The notes under the pieces were generated by a model that was not told where the DNA came from, did not search any database, and was given only the letters and a program-made list of their open reading frames with translations. A DNA stretch of 43,384 bases from Cladosporium halotolerans (lineage: Eukaryota), in assembly GCF_011745625.1 (NCBI RefSeq), contig NW_027191502.1, positions 62,001 through 105,384 on the forward strand, in the 5' to 3' direction. Below are positions 10,701-21,359 of the stretch, in pieces. The position numbers and the translations under genes were made by a program. Positions within the stretch are counted from its first letter, which is position 1. Every line of letters begins with the position of its first letter.

Positions 10701-12778
10701 CGCACAAAGCTAAGTTTCCTGCAGTCACATCACATCACATCACATCGGCCATAAGCTTGAAGAAAGTGCACCAAATCAAAAAGCCTGGCTCGAATTGGCT
10801 GCTCTTATCTTCATCAATGAGTGATCCTGAGAATAGTTCAGAGCCTCCATACTCGTACGCCAATATTCGATCTTCACTAAATCAGCGTACTATTTGACAA
10901 AGCTCACCCCTGAATTGATTGCAACGCGCGAAGTCTTTGACATTCACCCAGAGCATTGTAGATTCTGAACGCTGTTAGTTTTCATCAGGGCCTCCCAAAA
11001 TGCTCATGCCGACAATACGCACTGGCTTGCCGGACGAGGCCTTCGAGTTTAATTGAACACCCGTCAACCTGCTGCTCCAGAATTTCTAAAGGGACGTGGA
11101 TGCACACATCGATATCCGATACGTTCAGCATGAGAATACATCAGTCATCTAGTCGCCTATCTAGACAAACTATATGATTTGGCGGCCAGATGAATCACAT
11201 CTCAAATTGACAACGGTCTGTATCAATTGTGGGATAAACGCGCTTCGTGACAGCCATTTAAAATGGCTAGAATAGCGGACGCGAGCTTGACGAACGAAAT
11301 GCTGTTCCGCTGGGCGATAAGTACCTTTCCGGATTATATCTCGCAACGCAACTGCAACAGAGAATAATGCAGTCCGAGCATTGGCGACGATCGTGCAATC
11401 TCGTCGCAGCCCTAATACGTGGCCTGTAGTGGGCGGTGAAACCATGTAGGCGCTTGAAGAAAAGTTCAAGCAGACCACGTACCATGGCGCGATCACGATA
11501 TGTGCATGTGAAGGCCTTGTCTCGGTCGCATGCGTGGATGCAATCACGCAGTCCCAGACTCGTAGCGCTGATCGCCAGATGATAAGCTGAAGTCTGGATG
11601 CCGCTGAACGGGCTTTGGGCTTACGAGCGTTTCATCAATCTGGCAACGGCTGCGGACCCAAGCCTGGGGGCCGAACCAGCGCGCCCGCGACACGCACGCC
11701 TTCCACACTGGGGCAAAGTGGTACATGAGCTCTTTCATTCTTTTCTCTTACTGAAACGCGCCTACCGCGGACTCAACCACACTCAGCATTGCCAAGCAGT
11801 TGAGAATCACGTGTGGGTGCCGCGAGCCGGAGGCGACCGAGTGTCAGCGACAGAGCCTAGCGCAGGGGAACGCGGGTGGCTGCTGTGCCGAAACATGGTG
11901 AGCGGTTGTGGCGTTGGAGGCGCACCCGTGGACGCCAAACGGGCCGGTAAGCGGCACCTTCGCTGGATGGCGCGTCTGCGAAAGAGGCGGCGAGTGCACG
12001 CTGCAAAAGAAAAGAGGGAGGTCTCGATTGCGACGTACGGCAATAGAACATGCAAAGGTCTGGAACCACAAGACCCATATAAGACGTTCGAGCACAGACG
12101 GGGAGATGGACAGGGTGCTGGGGCTGTGCCAGTCTGGCCGATTTGACGATGGCCGACATGCTGTTGGGGCAGCCAAGGCATGTCGTGTGCTGCGATCGGA
12201 TCTGCGAATAGAACAGCAGGGCGCGCGTCTCTGCGCCCTCGCTGCTGCTGGCCGAGGGCACGACGGCAGCGCCCCAGCCGGCGGAGGGCAGAATGCGAGA
12301 AAAGGGCGTGCGATTGGCGTCCACTAGCAGTAGCTTCACGTCGGCGTCGCAGGCCGGCGCATGGTGGGTCTTCGATTCGCGGCAGCATCTGTTCTGACCC
12401 CCAACTGCCGCCAGGTGCCTCGGAGGGACGCACCCTCCATGAGCTGCTCCCACAAACTTACTCGTACATCTGCAGTCTCTGCTCTGCTCTGCATACCACA
12501 CCCACTCATTTCCCCTCTCTTTGCCTCTCCGTCGCACACACATCTCTACGCGCGCCTCTCTTCACGCCTCATCGTCGGCGCCACGGATACACTCGCTTGC
12601 CCACCGTTGCGCTACGCAAACTTTATTGCGCGCGATCATCGTCATCAGGGATTTCGGTTCGACCAAGCGCTGGAAGCCTCCGTCTCCTCTTGCATGCTTC
12701 CTGGACTCTTCATACTACGACGCGTGATCTAGCCAGCACATCACTTGCCTTTCGGTGTCTGGACATCGTCTGCGCAAG

Positions 12779-15700
12779 ATGACCACACCGGCCGACGAGC
12801 GGCCTGAGCCGACCTATGGCTACAACGCCGACCACCCCAATACTCAAGGAAGCCATCACGTGCACTACGCCCCCGGCGCACTCCCCTCCTACAATGTCAA
12901 CACTACATCCGAACAAAGAAGAAGCCCTGAGCGCTCATCCGACGAGGAAGGCACTGTCGTCGGTGACGGGGATGCCGCCAACAACCAGAAGGACGGCGCC
13001 CCACGCCGCGCCAACACTCTGCTCACCGTGGACACCCAGTACACGCGTGGTGACCCGGCGCATCCTTTCGTGTCGCCGTCCCAGTCTCGCGAGCAGGCTC
13101 GCCGGCTAGATGACGACCTGGAAATGCTCAAGATCGAGAGGCAGGTTTCGCGAAAGGACGACAAGAGCGCCGGTGACATGGATAGCATGCACCAGTCTAG
13201 GAGAAAACGAGACGAAGATATCGACGAGTTTGACATCGCGACCAACCCGGTGCACGAGCAGACCCAGGTCTACAAAGGCCCGGAGAACCCGAGCTCCAAG
13301 TTCGCCGTCTTCTTCAAGAAAGTCCACAAGTCCAACTGGCTGATCCGGTATTTCACCTACATTGCGCCACTGGCCCTTGTCCTCTTGATCCCTTTGCTCC
13401 TGGGTGTCTTCCTCTTCCGAGATCGCAAGGTCGGAGGCGTCACCATGTACTGGTTTGTGATTTGGCTGGAGATTCTCTGGCTTACGCTTTGGGCTGGCCG
13501 CATTCTCGCGAAGTGTCTGCCGTGGCCCATTGGCATTGTAGCCACACTGTTCACGAACAATAGCAAGAAATGGAGGGACATGGGCAAGCAACTCGAGCTT
13601 CCGGCTACGCTGTTCTTCTGGTGGCTTGCTGTCGAGATATCGTTCCTGCCCACCATGACGCAGCATATGCCTGATCGCCGCAACCCAGATGGATCGCTCG
13701 ACCAGAGCCCCACGTACTGGCAAAAGAACATGAACAAGGTCCTCGTGTCAATTCTGGTCGGCGTCATCCTCAACTTTGTGGAGAAGATTATCATCCAGCT
13801 CATCGCCATTAGCTTCCACCTGCGCACGTACGCCGACCGCATTGAGCTCAACAAATTCCAGATCGGTTCTCTCATCAAGCTGTACATTTACTCCAAGACC
13901 AAGATTGCCATGGAAGACTCCGAATTTGAAGCGCCCTCTGGTGATGCTACTGGCTCTGGCACCCGTACACCTGGCGCCATTCTCAACGAAGCTGCAAAAA
14001 CCACCAAGGAAGTTGTTGGCAAGGTGGGTGACGTGGCGGGCAAAATCGCTGGAGATTTCACCGGAAAAACTGTCTACAAGAGCACGCACCCCAATCAGGT
14101 CGTCATCACTCTCCTGAGCTCTGTGTCCGGCTCCCAAGTGCTCGCGCGCCGTCTATACCGCACCTTCGGTCGTCCCGAGACAGAGACTGTTCACCAAGAC
14201 GACCTGCAAAATGCTTTCGAAAACGAGGACGAAGCCACCGCCGCTTTCAGCATGTTCGACAAAGACATGAACGGCGATATCAGTATGGAAGAACTTGAGG
14301 CAGTATGTGTTGAGATTGGACGTGAGCGCAAGTCTATCACTGCTTCGCTGAAGGACCTCGACTCTGTTGTTGGAAAGCTTGACGATGTTTTCATGTTCAT
14401 CGTCGCCGTCATCACGATCCTGGTCTTCATCTCGCTCATCTCGACTTCCGCTGCTGGAGTCTTGACCTCTGCCGGTTCTGCGGTTCTGGCCTTGTCTTGG
14501 CTCTTCTCTACTACGGCTCAGGAATTCTTGCAATCTGTTGTCTTCGTGTTTATCAAGCATCCTTTCGACGTGGGTGACCGTGTTGGTGTGTACGGAAACA
14601 CCGGTGCTCTTGGTCGTGGTGACGATTACTTCGTGAAAGAGATCAGCTTGCTCTACACCGAGTTCAAGAAGATGGAAGGTCACGTCGTGCAAGCGCCAAA
14701 CAGCTATCTCAACACGCTCTTTATTCTCAACCAGCGCCGATCCGGAGGTCTGGCAGAAGCTGTTAGCATCAGCATCAAATTTGGCACCACTCTGGATCAG
14801 ATCGAAGGTCTTCGCTCCAAGCTCCTCGAATTCGTCAAGGCTGAAAAGCGCGAGTATCAGGGCAACATTCTGACCGAATTGCGCGACATTGTCGACGTCC
14901 ACTCGATGAACCTCAACGTTGTTTTCTTCTACAAGTCGAACTGGCAGAACGAAGGTCTCCGTCTTGCGCGCCGCAACAAGTTCATCTGCGCTCTGATGGT
15001 GTGCATGCAAGAGCTCGGCATCGAGGGTCCTTACATGCGTCTTCCTGGTCTCAAGCAGAGCTTTCCGATGTACCTGCAGAACGTTCCTCACATCGCGAAC
15101 CCTTCGATGGGCACTGGCGGCCACCCAGACAACCCTGGTGGCTTCGACCCCAACGCGCCCCCGCAAGACCCGCCTTTCGTCGAACCTTTGGACGATGGTG
15201 CACCGTCTTCAGCCCGTATGCGCTCCGGCTCTATCCTTCGCAATGGCTCTTCCGCACGCCGCGGCGAGTCGCTCGCTGCTATGAACAAGCGTGTCGACTT
15301 CAGTCTTGGCATGAAAGACTACGCGTATGGCGACCTGGGCGGCGATGTACACGAAGACCGCGAGCGATTCCAGATGGCCGCGATTGCCGAGGCATCGCGC
15401 TCTCGCGAGCGTCGTGCCGAAGCTGAGCGTCGCAGCAACGACCTGGCCCAGAGTACCTCCCGTGATACCGCATCAGGTGGACTCGTCCGCCGCTCTTTCG
15501 AATCCGACTCGTCACGCAGGCGCGCGTCTCTGCATCGCAACCGTTTCTTCCAGCGCAATCGCTCTGGCACCTCTGCGGGCGCAGACGAAGCCGCTTTGAT
15601 GGAGAAGGGCATGGCCGACATTCCCGAGAACTCCGCCACGCAGTCCACCGAGCGCCTCGACCCGCGTACGGGCCTTGTCAGCTCTTCGGCTTGGCGTACC

Positions 15701-15886
15701 CAGACAAATGAGAGCGATGGCTCGTACCAAGGCCCCAGTCGTGAGCCCATGCCCCCTCGCATCCCCACGAACGTTCTGCCGACCTCAACTCGCCCGCTTG
15801 GTGCTACCGTGGAGGACGACATCGAGCCGCACCAGCAACCTCAGCGCAGCCACGTTCAGGACTTCGAGATGAAGAAGCTGAGCTAA
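12779..15886 (+). CDS. Mechanosensitive ion channel, MscS family (Msy1/Msy2-like) with EF-hand
   Basis: Multiple TM segments, EF-hand DKDMNGDISMEEL and the MscS signature FIKHPFDVGDRV…APNSYLNTLFILNQRRS. The first ATG is at 12779; the ORF is continuous. Confidence 0.93.
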   Translation: MTTPADERPEPTYGYNADHPNTQGSHHVHYAPGALPSYNVNTTSEQRRSPERSSDEEGTVVGDGDAANNQKDGAPRRANTLLTVDTQYTRGDPAHPFVSPSQSREQARRLDDDLEMLKIERQVSRKDDKSAGDMDSMHQSRRKRDEDIDEFDIATNPVHEQTQVYKGPENPSSKFAVFFKKVHKSNWLIRYFTYIAPLALVLLIPLLLGVFLFRDRKVGGVTMYWFVIWLEILWLTLWAGRILAKCLPWPIGIVATLFTNNSKKWRDMGKQLELPATLFFWWLAVEISFLPTMTQHMPDRRNPDGSLDQSPTYWQKNMNKVLVSILVGVILNFVEKIIIQLIAISFHLRTYADRIELNKFQIGSLIKLYIYSKTKIAMEDSEFEAPSGDATGSGTRTPGAILNEAAKTTKEVVGKVGDVAGKIAGDFTGKTVYKSTHPNQVVITLLSSVSGSQVLARRLYRTFGRPETETVHQDDLQNAFENEDEATAAFSMFDKDMNGDISMEELEAVCVEIGRERKSITASLKDLDSVVGKLDDVFMFIVAVITILVFISLISTSAAGVLTSAGSAVLALSWLFSTTAQEFLQSVVFVFIKHPFDVGDRVGVYGNTGALGRGDDYFVKEISLLYTEFKKMEGHVVQAPNSYLNTLFILNQRRSGGLAEAVSISIKFGTTLDQIEGLRSKLLEFVKAEKREYQGNILTELRDIVDVHSMNLNVVFFYKSNWQNEGLRLARRNKFICALMVCMQELGIEGPYMRLPGLKQSFPMYLQNVPHIANPSMGTGGHPDNPGGFDPNAPPQDPPFVEPLDDGAPSSARMRSGSILRNGSSARRGESLAAMNKRVDFSLGMKDYAYGDLGGDVHEDRERFQMAAIAEASRSRERRAEAERRSNDLAQSTSRDTASGGLVRRSFESDSSRRRASLHRNRFFQRNRSGTSAGADEAALMEKGMADIPENSATQSTERLDPRTGLVSSSAWRTQTNESDGSYQGPSREPMPPRIPTNVLPTSTRPLGATVEDDIEPHQQPQRSHVQDFEMKKLS

Positions 15887-15950
15887 AAAAAAAATAAAAA
15901 AAAATAAAGGGAAAATAAAGAAAGAGAGAAGGAAAAAAAAGACAGAAAAA
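15884..15950 (+). repeat. A-rich purine tract directly at and after the MscS stop codon
   Basis: taaaaaaaaaataaaaaaaaataaagggaaaataaagaaagagagaaggaaaaaaaagacagaaaaa. Confidence 0.85.
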
Positions 15951-17541
15951 CACGTTCCGGATCCTCACAATACCACTCCTTCGCATTCGCATCTCACAGC
16001 ATGGCTCACGTGCCTTTTTCGATTACAGATTTTTTATACACCATAGACCCAAGAGGCGGATGCAGCATCCCGACACTTTTCGGAACCCACTCCTTGTACT
16101 TTAAAGCGGTTTTCCTTTTTATTGCGCGCGAGCATGGCGGGAGAAGCGTTGTCTGCTGCAGCATACCACAGAATGTACATTGACAGGCTTACTTCCTTCC
16201 ATCGGCCGCGGCGCACATCGAAGAGCTCGGTGCAGGCTGTCGTTGGGGGATGATAGATTGGACAGAATGACAGAAAATCAAAATATTGTTCATAAACCAT
16301 TCTTGTGCCCCATTGTTGTGAGTCTGCAATCGTATCTCCAAAAGTTTGAGGCTCATGAGATTCTATGATAAAGTGATCATCTCAGGATGTCTCTATCTTC
16401 CGGAGGAAGATGTTGCACGTGCTACCGTTTATTCTAGATCGACGCGGTCGTATTTTCTCACAGAGAGCGCTTGATAAATTACTGTACCACGACACGTCGT
16501 AGTCTTGTAGTCTCCAAAATCTTGGCTGAGATCTGGCGTAGCTTCTGCATAAGACACCCTTCATTCGAAAGTTTGCAGCATCACGCGACAAGCCCAGTCC
16601 TCCCTGGTCAGTCTGGTAATATCACACTATATGATATAGTAGCATCTCAACCTCGTACACAGACGACGAAAACGCTTTTCAAACGTGAGAAATGTATTGC
16701 CGAAATAGATCGAGCCAAGTCGCCGTACTATCATCCATTCTGGATATTGTACAGACGATCTTCCATCAGAGAGTCTACACGTGAGGGGCCACAAATCTCC
16801 CAGGTGAGTGGTGGTGGGATCCATCGTTTCTATGTACCATTTCTTCGACGACTGCAAACCATCTTGATCGCTCAAGCTCTAAGCTCTAAGCTCAATGGGT
16901 ACCGAGGTCTCTCAGAACCTTCACCGAGGACCACTCCACATCATGCGGCGTTGTTATTGCTGACCAGACCCTGACGGTATACCTACGACACGAAGTCGTC
17001 AACCTGACTTCTACTCAATCATCATTGGTTGCTGGCCACCAACTTGTCAGCAGCCGTTCTCCACCTTCAGCGGACGCATCTCCGCGTCTCAGACAACACC
17101 TCCAGCCATCCTTTGTATGCGTCATGTATACCACGCATGATGCGCTACGGCCATTGCAATGTCGCTCGTTCTCCGGATACGATTGCTATGTATCTGCCGA
17201 GAGCATGGCTTCGAAATGCGCGCTATCGATGCAGCTAGCTTGATATGACAGGATGTGATGCCAGCGCGCTGTTCCATACGTTGTACGCGAGGGGAAAGGA
17301 AGTCGGTCACCATTGATGCAAAAGCTCTAGACATCATCATGACAGCTCTATCTGGTGATAAACGCGCATCCCCGCGATTTTGAGACGTGTCAAATGTGCG
17401 GTCAGGCGGGATGACACTCCGAACACGCGTAGTTTCGCGCACATAAGAGGGTAGTCGTGCATTCCCATCTCGTTCGATTCTTTGCTCCTCGCATTGCTGT
17501 ACATGGACTCTATTCCAATCAGGCAAATTCCAACTTCCACC

Positions 17542-19737
17542 ATGAGCTCGATCAATCCTTCCCTCCCAGAGATGCGGTCGCCCCGCTACTCTCATATGAT
17601 GTCGGCGAACGAAGGGCCAGCCGACATCATTGCGAAGGTGTCTGGCGCGGTCCAGGGCGGCAAAAGAGAGGACGATGCGCCCTACTTCACCAACAACGAG
17701 GGCCTCCCTTTCCCTGATCCTTGTCACAGCAAGAATGTGGGCGGCATTCCGTTGATGTCGGATGTGCACCTCATGCAGAAGCAGCAAACGTTCAATCGCT
17801 CGAAGAACCTGGAGCGAATGGTCCACCCTTGCGGCTCTGGCGCTTTTGGCTATTTCGAGACTACCGCCGACGTGTCCGATATGACCAAGGCGGACTTTCT
17901 TCAACGTCCCGGCGAGCGTACGCCTGCCTTCGTTCGCTTTTCTACTGTCACTCTGGGTAGAGAGTTCCCAGACGAGGCTCGTAACCCTCGAGGATTCGCG
18001 ATCAAGCTCTACACTGGCGAGGGCAACTACGACATCGTCGGATTGAATTTCCCCGTGTTCTTTTGCAGGGACCCTATTCAAGGACCAGATGTCATTCGTT
18101 CCCAGGCTCGTAACCCGAAAAACTTCTTGCTCGACTACGACGCGACGTTCGACTTGCTTGGCAACACGCCAGAGGGCAACCACGCCGGTTTGATGTTCTT
18201 CTCCGACCACGGCACTCCTGACGGTTGGATCAACGAGCATGGATATGGATGCCACACGTTCAAGTGGGTGAACAAGGTACGTTGAGGATCATTGTTGTTG
18301 TCGAGGGATCATTATATGTTGTGATGACGTCACTGATTTTCCGCTTTAGGCCGGAGACTTCGTCTATATAAAGTACCACTTCATCGCGAAGCACGGCCAA
18401 AAGCAACTGTCTCAGCCAGAGGCCATTCGTATCTCTGGAGAGAACCCCGATTATTCTAAAGAGCAATTATGGGACACTATCGAAAGCGGCAAAGAAGTCG
18501 AGTGGACTGCCAAGGTGCAGGTGATGAAGCCCGAAGAAGCCGACCCAGAGAAACTCGGATTCGATCCATTCGATGTCACCAAGGTCTGGCCACGCGGACA
18601 GTTCCCAATGCACGATATCGGACGCCTCGTTTTGAATAAGAATCCCGAGAATTATCACAGAGATGTTGAACAAGCTGCATTCTCGCCCGGATCCATGCCA
18701 CCCGGCATTGAAGACTCTCCCGACCCCCTTCTACAGCACCGCATGTGGTTTTATCGTGATGTAAGTCTTCCTATTTCTATCCAATGTTGTTGATTTGTGG
18801 AATTCGGACTTCGTTTGGGGGGTTTCACTTCGGTTTTGCGCCAAAAACTGCCAAATCCTTTGGTTGTACGCCGAAGCCCACACGAAAACCAAAGTGCGTA
18901 CATTTCGCGCCTGGGTTTGCATTGAGCTATGGGGTTCAGTTCAGAACCATTGATTACAATGGCAACTCGAAACCTCTGCCTCTATGCAAAGACCTACAGA
19001 GGCAGAGGCTTTGGCAGATTGGAGTTGTGAAACCTCAAATTTGAGAATCCTAGGACGGCTACGAGAAGCCATGCAATCCCGGAACCCAATACCAACTATG
19101 TGCCGAAGTATACGTAGCTTGGTGAGGCTACTTATTAAACAGTTCACGTTCTAACATCTCACAGGCCCAGTACCACCGCGTTGGCGTCAACCTGCACCAG
19201 ATCCCCGTCAACTGCCCATTCGCGGCACGGTCCTACAGCTCGCTCAACGTCGACGGTCCCATGCGCGTCGACGCCAACCACGCCGGCGGCAAACAGATCA
19301 CTCCGAACAGCTTCGCACACAAGTTCCGCCCGGACGTCGCCGAGGCGCCCTACAAGCTGTCGGACAACATCGTCTCGCGCAAGAGCCACTACTACCACGA
19401 GGGCAAGCTGAGCGAGTACGACCAGCCTCGCGAACTCTACCGTCGCGTCATGGATGACAAGGCGCGCGCGAATCTGCACTCCAACACCGCCAAGATGCTG
19501 TCGAAGGTCAACTATCCGATCATTTCGAAGAGGTATCTGGCACAGATTTACTGCATTGCGCCGGAGTATGCGCGCGGTGTATATGATCTGACAAAGTTCA
19601 AGCATGAGAGCTTTGACTTCAGTGAGGTTGAGAAGGAGAGCAAGAATGCGCCGACGATGAAGAAGGAACCGAAATTGAGGCCCTCTGAGGGCGATAGGTT
19701 GATGGGTGCGCCGGCGAAGCCTTTCTACCAGTTGTAA
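17542..19737 (+). CDS. Monofunctional small-subunit heme catalase (exons 17542-18276, 18350-18760, 19165-19737)
   Basis: ERMVHPCGSGAFG contains the distal His; RFSTV, RNPRGFAIK and VGLNFPVFF follow. The proximal Tyr motif HRMWFYRD|AQYHRVGVNLHQIPVNCP is joined across intron 18761-19164. Intron 18277-18349 is canonical. The start was chosen for its CCACCATG context; an alternative ATG lies at 17503. Confidence 0.93.
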
Positions 19738-20216
19738 GTGTCTCGAGACAACTGGAGTATAATTTATAACGAGGACCCATCAATGCCATGTTTCGCTTTG
19801 CGGCTGGCAACTCTTACCTAGTCAAAAGGTTTCGCATGCTGTATCGAGATCGGCTACTACCGGATGAATAGGGCCGTGGACCATCACTTGTCTGAAATCT
19901 TGTGGCCCTGCCCGCTCGTAGGCTCTCCGCTGAGGGGTCATCTTTAGAAAGTTTGGGCGGGCTGGTAGTACGTTGACATGTTTATCTACATGGGAAATAC
20001 ACATCATTGTAGGAGCTGTAGAAGCCTCTCCACGATCTGAATTCAAGTCTGAGGTGCTACCATTTCTTATAGATATTGTCAACGTGGTATTCGCTAGGGA
20101 GGGCCGGGCAGGCTGGAGCTGTACGATCCCACAGGCTTGCGGATAAGTGGGTTGCAAGAACCTTGTAAAATTTGCGCCTTCCTGCCGTTGGTGTTGGCGG
20201 ATATCAAATAGGCCGC

Positions 20217-20723
20217 TTAGATCTTCGCCATGTACGGCGGCGGTCTCCCCGACCGATACTTGTCGTGCTGGCAAATGGCCAACACAGTCCCATCGCTCGC
20301 ACGCTTCATCACGCCCCGCACAGTCACCAATCGCTTAGTCAATTGCAAAATCTCACTCTCCATCAAAATTGTCTCGCCCTCAACAGGCGGCCGCAAATAC
20401 GTGACGTTCAAATTCCTCGTCACGCCCGAATCCGTCCCAGCATTTCTGCAGCCGAGAACAGCCATGCTGGTAGCCATGTCGAAAAAAGTGGCAATGGCGC
20501 CGCCGTGCATGTTTTTTGTGACCCTGTTATTGCTGAGGAGGGGCGGGACGGCGATCGTGTAGGTGGATTTGGCGTTCGTTGTGTCGGTTTCGGCGGTCAC
20601 GGATGTGAGCACTGCCTGGCGAACGAAAGAGCCGTCGATGTTGTCAGGTGGCATGGACGCTGCGTAGGTATCCGAGAACTTCCGCATCTTCTCTGCGGCG
20701 GCTTTGTCTGCTTCTGTCTCCAT
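20217..20723 (-). CDS. PaaI/ACOT13-like hotdog-fold acyl-CoA thioesterase
   Basis: Motifs MHGGAIATFFDMATS, GVTRNLNVTYLRP and AICQHDK. Confidence 0.9.
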   Translation of the reverse strand: METEADKAAAEKMRKFSDTYAASMPPDNIDGSFVRQAVLTSVTAETDTTNAKSTYTIAVPPLLSNNRVTKNMHGGAIATFFDMATSMAVLGCRNAGTDSGVTRNLNVTYLRPPVEGETILMESEILQLTKRLVTVRGVMKRASDGTVLAICQHDKYRSGRPPPYMAKI

Positions 20724-21215
20724 GGTTTCGGGTGGCTGCGTGGGTTTCAGAAGCTGGTGCTCGAGAGCTCTGAAATTCGGTTGACTTTGTGTCCTGTTAT
20801 TTTACTTTTGTGTATCAATGCCAATCCAGTGAAAATGATCTGGGTTCATTTTGCACTTGTCAGACGAGGTCGGCTCGACGAGGCGTTGGCGTACCCCGAG
20901 TTGCCGAGGTTCGATGTAGAAGTAGAACTCTCTGACAGGGTATCACGCTTGACTAAGGTAAAAAGACCTAGATTAATCTTCGTTCCAATATGGGCAAATC
21001 GACTTTAAATTTATCTGCCATAACAGTCTCAGCACATACACTCAGGATTGCGAATTGGATGGCGTCGATGAGATTGGTGATTAAGGTACGTTGCTAGCTG
21101 CGTTGTGGTTGGGCAAATTAGAGTTTAGAATAATCATCACTAATTGAAGTAAATTAGCGGCCTTAATCAGACGACGACATCTTTCCCACACTATTTCCAA
21201 TAGTTATGTAAGTAG

Positions 21216-21333
21216 CATTTATACACTTCACTTTCTTCGAGCCTTCACTAGCTGTTTCTCGCTTCACTCTCCGTCATTTGTACACTTCACTTTCTTCTAG
21301 CCTTCACGAGCTGTTTCTCGCTTCACTCTCCGT
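21216..21333 (+). repeat. Tandem duplication, 2 x 59 bp, just upstream of pirin
   Basis: 21216-21274 and 21275-21333 both read CATTT(A/G)TACACTTCACTTTCTTC(G/T)AGCCTTCAC(T/G)AGCTGTTTCTCGCTTCACTCTCCGT, with 3 mismatches. Confidence 0.92.
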
Positions 21334-21359
21334 GAGCATAAAAAAGGGCGTCCCCGCTC

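Noticed and set aside
11598..12782. Overlapping 110-228 aa ORFs upstream of MscS
   Set aside because: Arg/Ala/Cys-rich composition on both strands is typical of GC-rich promoter or leader DNA.
14153..18255. Long antisense ORFs over MscS (337 aa) and catalase (377 aa)
   Set aside because: Shadow frames produced by the codon bias of the real sense-strand genes.
18798..19110. Intact RNase P RNA gene
   Set aside because: CR-IV/CR-V-like words are present, but GGAATTCGG does not pair correctly with ACCAACTA and there is no room for P1-P3. Kept only as a note in the intron finding.
19091..19127. Group II intron domain V-like hairpin in the catalase intron
   Set aside because: It has a bulged-AC-like shape but no AGC/CGC catalytic triad at the right spacing, and the intron has ordinary spliceosomal signals.
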